Shown: positions 34,201 through 42,184 of the stretch, piece after piece
Layout: each line of letters starts with the position of its first letter
Position numbering within the stretch: the first letter of the stretch is position 1
Origin: Barthelona sp. PCE
Lineage: Eukaryota
Direction of reading: 5' to 3'
Length of the DNA stretch: 64,000 nt
Assembly (NCBI GenBank): GCA_040285745.1
Contig: JAUFOR010000002.1
Location: 248,001-312,000 of the forward strand
The notes under the pieces: model-generated
What the model was told of the DNA's origin: nothing
Databases searched by the model: none
The model's input: only the letters and a program-made list of their open reading frames with translations
Program-made: the position numbers and the translations under genes

Positions 34201-35778
34201 ACAGGTAAAGCTAAGCTACTAATCACGATTCCGATGAACTGGTGTTTAAGTATTGCAAACACTGCCCTCAATGTATATCCTTTCTTATATCTAAACACAT
34301 ATTCAAATAGGGATTTTAGACAGTCTCACATAACATTCATGGAGTTGTCATGCTACATGGTAGAGTCTTTGGAAACTATCACAATTCCCATTTCAAGACT
34401 ACTACAGTGTCTGAGTTGCTTTTTCTTCATTGTAGTCACAAACTACACTTTTTGTGTTGGCATCAACTGGACTCATGTCATATCACTGGTACGGTATATA
34501 GTCGCATGCTTTGTTGAGCTCAATCCCCGGGTATCTAGTGTTCGTATTATGAGACATGTATCCACTGTGTGCAGTATTATATTTAAGATGTTCGAAAAGG
34601 TTCCTATCAACATGTGCTTTACGTTGTACAAACGCTGCATAGATTTTGCATTTGGTGCTCAACGTTTTTTTGTGAAAAACTGTCCTTTATTTAATATTAA
34701 AGACACAAACTTGCTGATTAATACACTTATGGAAAAACTTCCCTTCTTCGTATCACCAACATCAATGGACATCCTTAGTTCCTCTCCAAATGCTAACGAG
34801 GGTTGCTACATACCTGGACCATACCCAGTCATTAGCTCATTCTTTTCGTTACGGAACAGTCTGCAGTTGTGCAGTCAAAAAGGATACTTCATCCACCATG
34901 AACGATATTCTGATGTCACACTGTCGCCTCATAGTCTGTTCCATATGGTACGACAGTCTGTGATGAACCTCAACTTTATGTGCATGAAAAAATTCCTTGG
35001 TGATGAAAAAGTTTTTAAAAACGTTCCTGAAAAATCTTCTGCGCTGGTTTCATTCATTTCACGTACAACGGTTGCAAATAATATTATCAAAACACTCCCC
35101 ATGTGGGATAATAGTGTATTTTGTTTCTCTTTTGAAGATCTCCTTCAGTTCAAAGGTATGTACCGCGGTTTTCTAACCAGGTATTATGAAGTTCTCATGA
35201 ATCATAATATTCCTCAACAACAAACTCCAATTCCTCACAGTTTTGGAAGGTTTATTTCAAGTAACATGATTTTTAAACATGATTTGAACTTTGAACCTTT
35301 GAGTATTATGCTTTTTAGCACATCTTTCGATCAATTCAAATTCTTATCTTTCTTATTAAACTTTTTAAAGATCAAACAAGACAAGCAAAGCTCTACTATA
35401 GTTGAATACAAGCCATATTGTATGTTTTATTCAAGTTTGCTGTCTCCAATGCAGTTCCATGGTATTTCTCTCAACAGTAGCCACAAGTTTTCTCCAACAA
35501 CCAACCCTCAGAGATACAATTTCAAACTTGATTACAAATCAAACAGTTCACTTAATTCAGTGAGTGAAGTACCGCCATTTACGTTCTATCCTGTTGAACG
35601 AACTCTTCATAGTGACTTTACTCCACGCAAGGTGCATTCTATGACACTGCCTGTGAACCAAAACAATGCTATTGTGAAGTACGAATCCAGAGGAGCATTT
35701 TTCGAAAATTTCACAACAGAGAATCAGGTGATATCATTCCTACGCTGGATTTGTCATGAAATTTCAAAATCCTTGTAG
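22300..35778 (+). CDS. Giant 4492-aa protein, highly divergent dynein-heavy-chain-like, with a degenerate AAA1 P-loop
   Basis: Intact 13.5-kb ORF of dynein length. Degenerate equivalents of the dynein linker and AAA1 motifs fall in the expected order and spacing (see findings). Confidence 0.6.
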   Translation: MMPSQAIFKPFGDLSTISVDSELCGFFTAQTDLSGINTTPRLYLAEISEGHYMIVSDPTNLSILCTIFTLSFDNAPVSVFLQYSETSEHDILYTYEPNSLKLNHMNSLLKDFFFFSEFVNNEQTPYNEISLSLLLHNFRSLSAFSKHLIPLFIDGIDFHSSLVSYAFILVMSTTLYDVFFSIDSERLIGIDDDTIVEYLLLAKKFFFFQNTLKKKEFSDFLKYADSVQRIFITDGIFSFEKYKEAFSPERMKVFMLFFNVFHNSIFRIPFFFKFFIYGLTNCVVFLCKCIICNKLCDNDNQFLFSSLMCSFQHLAALPPIISNIRLFIDSCLGLLHKSSLEFQQMKHDKEFSLIHAGFLDKYISYVGEQYITFQSLTNRIVFLGKYIETFSLYASSTKYILAHSSGLLSILNFSYLYQVTENIKTLDVLFFSCPIKVLKKKLKVILNFMRRMEKCFVDGVEESIAPFNHLQKLRIVGGLVASGISKPLFLKSLFMNLVEKLISSFSFRQSYLFGDHNISNFSFRSYTSEFSKIIPCVMEYYRFTETFEFFQLFHNNTLINKDRFNTISHSYEKWFHRCNAFFNVIRTQIHQVIETIINVINTKAPIFDCGEHISNDLRQLLNLKFELLPMNTILITKSCINLTIFRNDNVEYSGAQQFILFYRRFHQFFSSFQQMIHNDISTFDSTVWKYVKTFFYDIWTDFQHFIRAQTWNHLPSAFQEIQKFVIPMNQFHIRIAEGFNTFIKIQLRFLRGKSFRGSTSLFTRQFDNVEDTFDHVKNLVLSEAPRLHAVFLESLEFIKDSMLRTKTLKIISLHFFLLRRLVIGLKMYYIQLFTALKNEIVEFQDKCNENMNNGLFKRSSLSYNYTDMCQSDISSVPYMLVRIVRVYLTFYQQFKKLCKEQLSLNSEVLKAMDNLLFEGELFACILTLYGSLERKMEYENTLLDAHRKEFDKIVLRKYNTDVSLEKNTELSFPSYSSFKKSAEHYFTISNLFAITEEELNIALEDIFRFLFNNVLQTSRTVADEILFDYVFLNFKLFVNCYQTFQSPSSLDTLLPSIFTINAFREINNSEKTVKLKDWLEKIEENDLLPIWFPFHDSMWFDEDVFERIIIQLYINHGSEKVSKSQFGKILSNLFIDMFSSSIQTSFSSIVYVCFKLIFVGHHNFYMQVSKFISDNIIVCSRFIEKHLFSHMKKAEKLRKKFFNAKMELRTVNRGIFLSSIREPVFEDTKLVSYVRSSFGYLVSILDQLRMCISDLCNYNILALEFINADFRCEEFITEFKTFATDNYNNIFNFLKRFNKFVSILHMPVFASETKDHIKHLSKLWSESKSTCSWRHQPNCPICSYINIFASFCVTLEEIIQLEPMEQTQELYLHHSICVLLDLKCQGSHLTCVKLFCIYFYDKAMLTETIEWFEKERALSNECHILEETLCSIHLPLYTISDKLYLLNPHHIFDFCKEFSSRAQVLNDEFLSFQSKVTSPILQSYIALNFNGTLLHRIYARVELLQRFIGSLILFKSIQDYIVMYYQYITATKFFMDYSIDPELFQQLQEEIDAWNRYIAKCIMTVHETFEIFHGSSQMHLEMFEINYLYILRSMNPKGTVTLMNILGKWDGFEYEQNFVMHKSFEEWSSDLSLYIEKCLSVIHPLSAQFKIIHLFRNRDALLIYSSLVYGLTLQKCLLSTYINQHFILGRFAPEIHHFKTSRNTINGCYNISGELLKFTKPVSDFVHFNVDNPQSSLSLHEKLLSNINDSMLDCYRSLSSIDVTNLHYHYISGDFKHIPSLLVFYKIFVYATNIFETVEQFINTDRTMFESIITEFIVLFQDLYENFVHSIFLHISTAVGQSDVYHCLRVIVFALLMQIEFAKLCIQADNDEDLEKVMQSGIFCYDCFAKNNSNIYIRPEISDLFTTTGECESIYVSCGRLVYVQSKLDFVPPFHSSHCFHTIPMAQDTRILKELCTCQSCDDFFLALSGNSITHQLSTLQFFSFIIGKRNIIMELRSDTSFINFCNSIVFALKSDCMLFITTFDNGFQQKHEQFLIELVHNLRKCIATNNHQVKVPTFPHIFDSKHVADDDPCHIQFSETSAIVFVTHPIHSITRYLPFSSTVRIIHWNASVDVFRTKLVFAFVGFETLDNICFILTQYIKSFRDIFNISLPLFFHQAISMLYVELHHAHSKNEDALYDRLQLLSSVLYFICKLFVNSTHYPMFHMDTTNGEFEKHTDINVFNTFHESFFKSIPIVDISIFSKIFPVFTPVHDSLKDLKHGVLYEIDVKIKEFLLSKFNIDFFFEHYVALIREMFLMSFFMPVLFFFVNNSCFNVETLNIIEELYSHYLPSATICFDIKDINDPDFPTNYMNKCDSMPLYLIMYDQMFFANRLSNSSGSLFSGSANNSVGTFVSASVTSGGRFSYLTRGYGQKPAVFLVESREPVETRLIQHKFIEKHDVHHINGDTYRGPIKLLPGIFINELSNLETNIKSLLNTMHMFFDNALSQEMYSKVERVLLDSLTVLNESSNAPVDGTVLRRIVFRNRIHLSLDTFFYFLCGVLTTFFKQRTSENNVLDLFFNNALMLALFVMLDQDFSIGVERIHALLNVHFEKSLTNIVLNSVIYEYYLSCSTGFFVSSTPICLEILAVEVNNMPLYDLFLINPCMLFIEWYLRCIFFGAEHAFGKYVHCELSIQSPLKPNSIIDLLLRKDQTSHPMYSLNISEVQKQHFLQDDFCFDENHILFVNSSSCQFSSLYRNRCIIIKIDKLLRKDYVTAFMTTILDKRYILQKSPITKHVISFFSYAIIQLYKASVKVGVDLLVHFFISLEKMLNSKLPNYNCLRIFHTCLVFELWNFPFRDDVIEDAIEHSPICLGDEFMICINIDVNSNFDDKSDRNNSVISLSDFSAYCERLGGIFKSLKNSNNNFPKELYRSLFAYEYGINKHPFVVVMTESENSSSLNSHSIVLLPILLHSLTILQYDRLVYDFSIDLNTYPFPNKNDPSANPIAIIILQDCFLKLLDDMSSSSKLLNFVQNKGSDKKFRFFIICNNIDLFSQHLVRHNDYFVQFFYDDVFSFREHDLTFDGSNFNDAVMFSGESLLNQNLEFFKNFALETKSDPIKIMSQTIRIFEQMIELNAINCTNPLKITDFVQYYSENEFDDMPFKKFKSKLVNFWSTRLTNSMNGINVEEDDMLFAKEINKVSYNYAHQQVFNQFNNLGPTIFSQNRLFYPADRMVGCCAATPDIITHITSVYKDLKQFLTFIITFEEYLLKLIDENEEKSETFELEKSVIQQIINEKVLCDRAKSKDVFNQLVGLEGQYSKEKKKQQKIIVIRKQLQQIKDTFIKFIPIIDLSIEEISIMTFLFVLSEFIVCSTSIYVNVHDVLYEKLEKIIKFDTSFDFYKCMDVILDMLVPMTNKHHFYADSHIKRKAFAIFTFSQFSLLCTYNIPSVILDTIKHVYSFDIVVLKNGSLHENMRFISEAMYFVELKSIDDCDYFLPLIEALIACKNNSMYKEVVYNDRILKIAHDTRVIIVIKNSSLVDQLSSHFIHFTEFFCTLPITTHIHSVQHTFIDSEPISKFSFVDLVRFFNTNKQFLNYVYETKKDPACLNVISRLHRKMIEAGMFSNIVSSDVGDTSMFNALATSIVGIAHSLERMRIQFLPNMSCFNTNTIDDHLLITKKILADEKLGSGSLTTTTVFSRLYHYILCQFLSVPHDFRLLSCLYFCLQNALSDASFDNGPILALLNDESVQCGSLEFTSSLKDFPSSTYIGYNKPCISAIIKLFHYLVSDAQLFKYILNEKSTDLVTSHLVAFIHDNYDSFFRYDSFVSVMKSRSCDLLDNFHNYTHEYIFWIIILSPLSNPRYVSPCSNVIFAWLTVEYLQKSVSPNLCTAIFSGIRPSFEVVLRSLEEGFLGEIVIAATDGYSVPTFSLIILLQLKEQRVYIGFLSDSFMMFELDCFTKYSQVIIQVTSLEQIDLLYTLLEYYNTLPTGKAKLLITIPMNWCLSIANTALNVYPFLYLNTYSNRDFRQSHITFMELSCYMVESLETITIPISRLLQCLSCFFFIVVTNYTFCVGINWTHVISLVRYIVACFVELNPRVSSVRIMRHVSTVCSIIFKMFEKVPINMCFTLYKRCIDFAFGAQRFFVKNCPLFNIKDTNLLINTLMEKLPFFVSPTSMDILSSSPNANEGCYIPGPYPVISSFFSLRNSLQLCSQKGYFIHHERYSDVTLSPHSLFHMVRQSVMNLNFMCMKKFLGDEKVFKNVPEKSSALVSFISRTTVANNIIKTLPMWDNSVFCFSFEDLLQFKGMYRGFLTRYYEVLMNHNIPQQQTPIPHSFGRFISSNMIFKHDLNFEPLSIMLFSTSFDQFKFLSFLLNFLKIKQDKQSSTIVEYKPYCMFYSSLLSPMQFHGISLNSSHKFSPTTNPQRYNFKLDYKSNSSLNSVSEVPPFTFYPVERTLHSDFTPRKVHSMTLPVNQNNAIVKYESRGAFFENFTTENQVISFLRWICHEISKSL

Positions 35779-35831
35779 TATTTTACTACTTTTCGTCAAT
35801 TCATCAAAATAAACTCTATTTACTAATAATA

Positions 35832-37805
35832 CTATTCAGCGTACAAACTGTCAATGTTTGGAACATCTTCCCAACGCATAAGTGTTGCAGAATGGCTTTT
35901 CTTGCTGAGCTTCAAAACCCAATCATGGAATGGAAAGGCGCTTGTACGATGTGCCACAGAAATAAGTGTAATACCCATAGACTTTGCGGTCTGATATATC
36001 TTCTTCTCCAATGGGAAATCAAGGGAAGCAGTTGCTTCATCAAGAATAGCATATCTTGGCATGTGGAAGAACATACGTGCAAAGCCCAGTCTTTGTTGTT
36101 CGCCCAAAGAAAGAACGTCCTCCCATTGTGTCACACTGTCCAAATCGCCAATACGTTGAGGTAAATCCTCAAGCCCAACGAGCTCGAGCACGTGCATAAG
36201 ATGCGTATTAGTATGAACGTGCTTTGAAGCCTCGAACGGATAACAAAGTTGATCTCTGAGCGATCCAACAACGATATACGGTCTCTGTGGAACGAAGAAG
36301 AGTCCACCTGGCCCAATCTTATCAGGTCGAATAACAGTTCCTCCACAGTTTCTCCACAGTCCAGCCATTACACGGAGAATTGAAGACTTGCCCGTGCCTG
36401 AAGGGCCGACGATTACGAGATGCTCTCCGTCACCGACATGGATGTTAATATCATCAATAAGACGATCGCCATCCGGTGTGTGTAGCTGAATATTCTCCAT
36501 CACAACCTCATTACCATTCTGATAGCGTGTTGCCTTTGCTGCGCGACGCTGCCTCTTTTTCTGGATGGTTGCCTCGGACGCAACAGGGACCATCTCCTTG
36601 GCAATGTGTAAACCAGTCGAATTCTTGAGAATCTCTCGATCTTCTTCAAGTCCTCGCTTTTCAAACTCATCAAGTCTGTCAATGATTTCACCGACACGGG
36701 AAGATGCACCCAATAGCGTGGAGAAATCTTGACCATAATTAAGAATCTCGGAAAGACCTCGTAACAACATGTTGATATATTGAGCCAGTTCGATAACTTG
36801 TCCAACAGCCAAGTCTTTATGGAGAACAAACACTGTGATACCTGGAATAACAAAAGAAACACACGCACCGAAGTTACTAATGAAATAATTTGAAAAATTC
36901 AAAGGAATACGACGATTAATCAGCTGTGTGAAATTTCCAACTACTTCATTCATGGAATCATCAACAATCTTTTTTTCTCTAGGCTCGCCCTTGTAGAACG
37001 CAATAGATTCTGCAAATGTACGGGCACGGACATGTACGAAACGGAAATCACCTTCCATATTATTTTGTCTGTAACTGAGCGCGATAATTGGTTTAATTAG
37101 AATCTTATTTAAAATAAAACCAAAAAGGAACCATGTAAAGGCTACAGCCAGTGCTACCCAACTTGCTTCCCTGAAAATCAATATTGCACTGCTCAAAACA
37201 GAAACGATTTGGTAATACACGCCGTCACGAACTGGTGTTCCGAAAAGTATGGAACAGAAGTCCGTAGTTACGCTTGTAGTATCTGCTGTGAGACGTTGAT
37301 CTGGGTTATCAAGAGATTCCTTTCCATGTTGCAATCTGTAATAAGCTCGATAGTTAAAATATTTTGAATGCGTTAAACCAACAACCTTTGATCTCCAATC
37401 AATAGAAAATGATTGGTTCAGAAAGATTGAAATGGTATAGAACATTGTAAAAAGTGTGCTGAGAATTAATGCTTCAATACCTGACACAACAAAACCTATT
37501 CCATTCTTTTCTTGTAGTGAGGAAACAAACCCGTTAGAAAGCTTTGCGTTATACATGCCCATCATTGCTACAATGGTTATTAACAAAAAAATTGATATGA
37601 ATTTAACAGTAGCTTTGCAAAAAAATCTTGGGAGTGCAATGCGCAATATCTTTCGCAAATGCCCCATTGCTGTACCCTTCACTGAAATGGGTGTGTCTTC
37701 CTGGCTATCTTCATCCAAATCACTGCTATCTGGGATAGTACGGTGAATTTCTGCATCTGGATCTAATAATGGTCGCATTACGGTGTGTTCGTCCTCTATT
37801 TGCAT
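35832..37805 (-). CDS. ABC half-transporter, subfamily D (ABCD4-like)
   Basis: LDNPDQRL, EGDFRFVHVRARTFAESIAFYKG, Walker A GPSGTGKSS, LSLGEQQRLGFAR and ILDEATASLD. Confidence 0.92.
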   Translation of the reverse strand: MQIEDEHTVMRPLLDPDAEIHRTIPDSSDLDEDSQEDTPISVKGTAMGHLRKILRIALPRFFCKATVKFISIFLLITIVAMMGMYNAKLSNGFVSSLQEKNGIGFVVSGIEALILSTLFTMFYTISIFLNQSFSIDWRSKVVGLTHSKYFNYRAYYRLQHGKESLDNPDQRLTADTTSVTTDFCSILFGTPVRDGVYYQIVSVLSSAILIFREASWVALAVAFTWFLFGFILNKILIKPIIALSYRQNNMEGDFRFVHVRARTFAESIAFYKGEPREKKIVDDSMNEVVGNFTQLINRRIPLNFSNYFISNFGACVSFVIPGITVFVLHKDLAVGQVIELAQYINMLLRGLSEILNYGQDFSTLLGASSRVGEIIDRLDEFEKRGLEEDREILKNSTGLHIAKEMVPVASEATIQKKRQRRAAKATRYQNGNEVVMENIQLHTPDGDRLIDDINIHVGDGEHLVIVGPSGTGKSSILRVMAGLWRNCGGTVIRPDKIGPGGLFFVPQRPYIVVGSLRDQLCYPFEASKHVHTNTHLMHVLELVGLEDLPQRIGDLDSVTQWEDVLSLGEQQRLGFARMFFHMPRYAILDEATASLDFPLEKKIYQTAKSMGITLISVAHRTSAFPFHDWVLKLSKKSHSATLMRWEDVPNIDSLYAE

Positions 37806-37839
37806 TGTTAATGTAAACTATATGGAGTAATACGATCGA

Positions 37840-37888
37840 AAAGGGTAGAAATTACTCAAACAATTCGTAACAGTGATTTCTACCCTTT
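37840..37888. repeat. 17-bp inverted repeat in a divergent promoter region
   Basis: AAAGGGTAGAAATTACT (37840-37856) and AGTGATTTCTACCCTTT (37872-37888), 1 mismatch. Confidence 0.7.
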
Positions 37889-37952
37889 CTATTCCTTTAA
37901 AATACCACGTAAACTTCAAAATTTTACAACAACCTGTGACGAAAGATACGTA

Positions 37953-39809
37953 GTGCAGGTTGATCATAGCTTGAAAGTTCTAAAGAGCGATTTTTCTTTT
38001 TTATCATTCTATTCAGGGTTGAATTGTATTTGTAGACCTCTTGCTGTGGATCACACAAGATTTGTTACCTTGTATGACAACGTTTTAGGTTTTACAATTA
38101 CTAAATGTCCACTTTCTGAAAATCTTTACTATTCTTTGGAATACAATGATTTTTTGTTTGGGCCAAGGGTACAATTCTTTGAACACCGCCCGCAACACAC
38201 ACCTTCATTTGTACCAGCTGGTGAATCCACTTTCTATGAAAAAATGGATGGGAATTTTTCCATTCTAGATAGAACGACAACATTGTCCGTCGAGGATAAC
38301 GAGATACATATGTGGAATGATGGTGCTATTGTGTATAAATTGAAGCTAAACAACTTTTTTAAATGTTTTTTTCACAAGTTCATAGTTGAGATAGATCATA
38401 GTACCGTTTATATCAAAAAGCTTGATGTCCAACCAGAGTCCATCATCCTCACCACATGCCTTGAGATAAGTAAGAAATGGGTCACCGAAAGTTTCAGCAA
38501 TGCATCATATTTTTATGTATTGGATTTTATGAACACTGATGGACCTCCAGAATATTATCAAATATCTGAGTTTGATGTCTATTACAATGAAAACGATCAA
38601 CTGTGCTCGTTAAATCTTATTAAGTTCTTTCCAGAGCTTTGTACTTGTGGATATTTGAGATGTATTCAATTTTGGTCGGTTTCAATTTCTAAAAAACGTC
38701 TGATCTTTGAGGCTGACTTCAATAACCAGTATAGTAGATGTCTTTATATTATTGATGATGGTGATTTATTGAGATTTCCAATTAACGTTGTTTATACGTT
38801 CACACCTAACATAATATTCTCAACTGAATTTGACAACTGTCATCAGTTTTTTAAACGATACCAGATATACCAGTCAAATTTGCTGTTTCATAATCATTTT
38901 ATACCACTCAACGATGTTGTTTTTTCAATCTCTGATTTATCCAAATCCTGCGCAGAATACTCTGAAGGCTCTGTGTTTTACTCAAGTGAAACCTATATTA
39001 TGATTGTTGATATTCTGAGGAAAAAAGTTTTTTATGATAAGTATGAGCATGAAAATCAACATTGTGTTGATGCTATTCAAGCAACAATCGGTGGATGTGC
39101 AGTATTCAAAAGCATGGAACAGCAGTATGTATTTTATGGAGCGTATGATACTGAATTTCCAGTAATACATGTTGCTGATGAAGTCATTTTCAGTAGTATT
39201 GATGATGAAATGGCATATATTTGTTATGAGGATGAGGATGAGGATGATTTATATGAAGGACTAACACTCACTACCACAAATTGGCGGAGTGGTGAATCTA
39301 GAAAGGAGAGATTTAGAGATCCTGAGGTGTATTTTGATATATTTTGCAGTTTTAACGGTGATACCCTGGTTTGTAAGAACTATGAGGATGAGGAAGCCAG
39401 CATGGTGTTCAGAAAGGTCAATAATATGTGGGAATTGTCGTTTACAACCAATTATCTAGTTAATCCATTCAACTGTAAGATTTTACAATTTGGTGATGAC
39501 ATGGAGGAAATTTTCTGTCAATTCCTTTCTGAAGGTCTTGCGTTGTTCAATGATGGAGTCTATGATATTTATGACAATGGTAATATTTCGAGAGTTGTTG
39601 ATTTTGCTGATTATGGAGGTGATAGTCTTGATTTTACGGTTTGTAGTAATGTACTACGTTTATTTCGCATCGACTACTCTGCTAAACGATTTCTTATACA
39701 TTCTTTTTTGTTTGACAATTCAACAATCAGGAAAATTGATGATATTGATATTATATTTGAGGATTTCTTTGCTCAATGCAGTATCCATAGGTTGAATCAA
39801 GTTGATTGA
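37953..39809 (+). CDS. Hypothetical beta-rich protein of a lineage-specific family, paralogue of 46594-48519; start codon uncertain
   Basis: 618-codon open frame beginning at GTG. Shares NP(F/Y) and the C-terminal DFFAQCSI motif (DFFTQCEI in the paralogue). Confidence 0.6.
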   Translation: MQVDHSLKVLKSDFSFLSFYSGLNCICRPLAVDHTRFVTLYDNVLGFTITKCPLSENLYYSLEYNDFLFGPRVQFFEHRPQHTPSFVPAGESTFYEKMDGNFSILDRTTTLSVEDNEIHMWNDGAIVYKLKLNNFFKCFFHKFIVEIDHSTVYIKKLDVQPESIILTTCLEISKKWVTESFSNASYFYVLDFMNTDGPPEYYQISEFDVYYNENDQLCSLNLIKFFPELCTCGYLRCIQFWSVSISKKRLIFEADFNNQYSRCLYIIDDGDLLRFPINVVYTFTPNIIFSTEFDNCHQFFKRYQIYQSNLLFHNHFIPLNDVVFSISDLSKSCAEYSEGSVFYSSETYIMIVDILRKKVFYDKYEHENQHCVDAIQATIGGCAVFKSMEQQYVFYGAYDTEFPVIHVADEVIFSSIDDEMAYICYEDEDEDDLYEGLTLTTTNWRSGESRKERFRDPEVYFDIFCSFNGDTLVCKNYEDEEASMVFRKVNNMWELSFTTNYLVNPFNCKILQFGDDMEEIFCQFLSEGLALFNDGVYDIYDNGNISRVVDFADYGGDSLDFTVCSNVLRLFRIDYSAKRFLIHSFLFDNSTIRKIDDIDIIFEDFFAQCSIHRLNQVD

Positions 39810-40018
39810 ATCCATCAGTTACCTTTCATGAATCTTTTGCTGCATAATATTGCATAATTTTTGTTAACTTTTTGTTAAAACCTCAACATCACTGATTTAC
39901 TATTTTCTAACGCAATCGATCAACTGTGAAAATGCATGAATTGAGTGTACCAACACTTTTGTGTGTTTTAACTGTCGGTTCATCTCAAAGTCTACAAAAC
40001 AAACATTAATAAAGGAAT

Positions 40019-40750
40019 TTAATCATAAATTTGAGCCATTCTATATCTCGTTTCCCATCGAAGCTGATCTCTCCTGTTATCACTGGGAATCACATAATCA
40101 TTAACCTTTCTGACTTCATTATTACGTTTACGCAATTCTTCTCTAAACTCTTCCTCTTCCCACAATGCATCTTCTTTCATTGCAGTCATCTGTCTCCTTG
40201 TCTTTGATCTTGCCTTATTCTCGCTCTCTCCAGTTAAAAATTCATCTGAACGCCATTCTTTAGAGTATTTTTGATGAGCTCGAACTGGATCATTCTTCCT
40301 CTTCTTCTTCTTCTTCTCAGGAATAATAAAACCTACTGTTGCACTCTCATACTCCTTCTTGGGGACGTCAGAGTGAGGAGCCATTGAAATTTGATTATAC
40401 AAACTTCTTGGTCTATGCTTATGACGAGGGCTTAAATATCTACGAGGTTTCCTGTTTCGAGCACTTAACGGCGCTGAGTACTCTGATCCCAAAAGACTAT
40501 CCGTTACATCTGTAAAAAATCCACTATCACTTTCGCTAATCTGTGAAAATTGCTCAGCCTTAATGTCTTCATCCGACACCTCTTCTGACTGGTTGGAACT
40601 GTGGTATGTGTCGCTTTCTCCCTCTTCCTCACTTTCAATATCTTTTTGAGGAACTATATCAGCGTGCGCATTATGTTGCATATTAGCAGGTTGTACTTTA
40701 AGCATTTGTAACAACCTTTGCAACATCTCCTTCTCTTGTAAGACCGACAT
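40019..40750 (-). CDS. HYLS1-like centriolar/basal-body protein
   Basis: KNDPVRAHQKYSKEW and DYVIPSDNRRDQLRWETRYRM match the HYLS1 C-terminal box. Probable ATG at 40750. Confidence 0.75.
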   Translation of the reverse strand: MSVLQEKEMLQRLLQMLKVQPANMQHNAHADIVPQKDIESEEEGESDTYHSSNQSEEVSDEDIKAEQFSQISESDSGFFTDVTDSLLGSEYSAPLSARNRKPRRYLSPRHKHRPRSLYNQISMAPHSDVPKKEYESATVGFIIPEKKKKKRKNDPVRAHQKYSKEWRSDEFLTGESENKARSKTRRQMTAMKEDALWEEEEFREELRKRNNEVRKVNDYVIPSDNRRDQLRWETRYRMAQIYD

Positions 40751-40820
40751 TGTAAACAAAGTACCTATGAAATGGGAAAGATTTGCGTTTTCTCGAAAAC
40801 TACACATTTCATAAAGAGAC

Positions 40821-41108
40821 ATGTCTATTGAACTACGAAATCTGAAAGTAAGCGATACTGAGCCTATTTCAAGGGACAAAGCAGCTGAACTACTCGATAA
40901 TTTTCTTGCTGAAGGTACTGGGCACTTAAATCAACAAACTGTGCAGAATTTAACCAATATTCTTAAGAACATCCAGCCCGAGGACTCTATCAAGGATGAA
41001 GATGAAGTGAATTACAGTGCGCTGGTTCAGCAAAAATCAGCTGGTGAATCAGAAAGTGAAGAGGAGAGTGAAAGTGAGTCAGAGAGTGAAAGTGATGATG
41101 AATCATGA
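40821..41108 (+). CDS. Small protein with an acidic ES-rich tail, function unknown
   Basis: 95-aa ORF with a helical core and an ESESEEES tail, filling the gap between two genes. Confidence 0.55.
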   Translation: MSIELRNLKVSDTEPISRDKAAELLDNFLAEGTGHLNQQTVQNLTNILKNIQPEDSIKDEDEVNYSALVQQKSAGESESEEESESESESESDDES

Positions 41109-41164
41109 AAGATGCATCGATATTTACTTAAAAATTCTTTAGTAGAACGCAATTAGAAAGAAAA

Positions 41165-41689
41165 TTACAATACTTCTTCCATAACCTCTTCTTCTTCAAT
41201 AAAGCGTTCCTTTTGACCGGAAGCAGTCTGTTCTTGTAACTTCCTTAGTTGTTCATTACGAATTGAACGTAATTCATCACGTTTCTGTTCCCTAGCAGCA
41301 ATTTCTTCTGCATGCTTCATTCTGTTCAACTGTTTCTTCAACTCAACCTTGTTCAGGCGGTCGATGATATGATCCTGCTCTCTTGCTTCACGGATCTCTT
41401 GGATCTGATCCATTGCACGAATTACTGTGGCGTACATTTCTGCATTGTACTTCATGGGCTTGTTGCGACGTCTCTCAAAGTTGTAAATGGCGTCATTGAC
41501 AAGATCCTTGCCCTGTGTCTTACGATAAGATTTCGTCCATCGAACCTTTCTAGGATTACGCTTCAATTTGAAGTTCTTGTGACATTTGGATCTGCAGAAC
41601 CTAAATATCTTGCCATCGTTGCGAATAAAGTTGACTCCGTGACCTGGATAGATGGGCCCTGAGCAAAAAAAACATTTTTCGATTCTCAT
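41165..41689 (-). CDS. RLP24: Ribosome biogenesis protein RLP24 (RSL24D1), L24e family
   Basis: MRIEKCFFCSGPIYPGHG, FRFCRSKCHKNFKLKRNPRKVRWTK and FERRRN. Confidence 0.93.
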   Translation of the reverse strand: MRIEKCFFCSGPIYPGHGVNFIRNDGKIFRFCRSKCHKNFKLKRNPRKVRWTKSYRKTQGKDLVNDAIYNFERRRNKPMKYNAEMYATVIRAMDQIQEIREAREQDHIIDRLNKVELKKQLNRMKHAEEIAAREQKRDELRSIRNEQLRKLQEQTASGQKERFIEEEEVMEEVL

Positions 41690-42184
41690 TTTTTGTAGGT
41701 ATCAAGTAGAGTGTAAAAAACGTGGAGTATGTACCGTAATGATAGCAAAGAGTGCTAGCTAGTACTTGATGAGTTGAAATGGGGTGAACAAACAAATGCT
41801 GCTTATATAGCGTTCTAAATCTTCTTTTAAGAGGACTCCAGAGCGATATTAGACATACTTAATGTACTGCTGTGAATGAAATACTCCAATACAGTTAAAC
41901 AACAGCTCAAAAACAAGAACTACACATTTTGTTTCTGTTAATCTACTTCATTGGTGTTTTAGTGTTTTTATCCTAGTTTAAAGTGTATTTGTATAATGTT
42001 GATCCAGTAAATTTGTTTAATATACCTTTTGTCAGTTTTCGCATAAACAAGGTTTAAATATCGCTATTAAGTTCTCAATTCGGGAGCTTTACCATCTTTA
42101 ATGATGACCATAAATACATAATGACCCCTTGTTTCTCTACTTACTCAACAGGCATTAAACGTTATAGAATTTACTACCTTTTCA

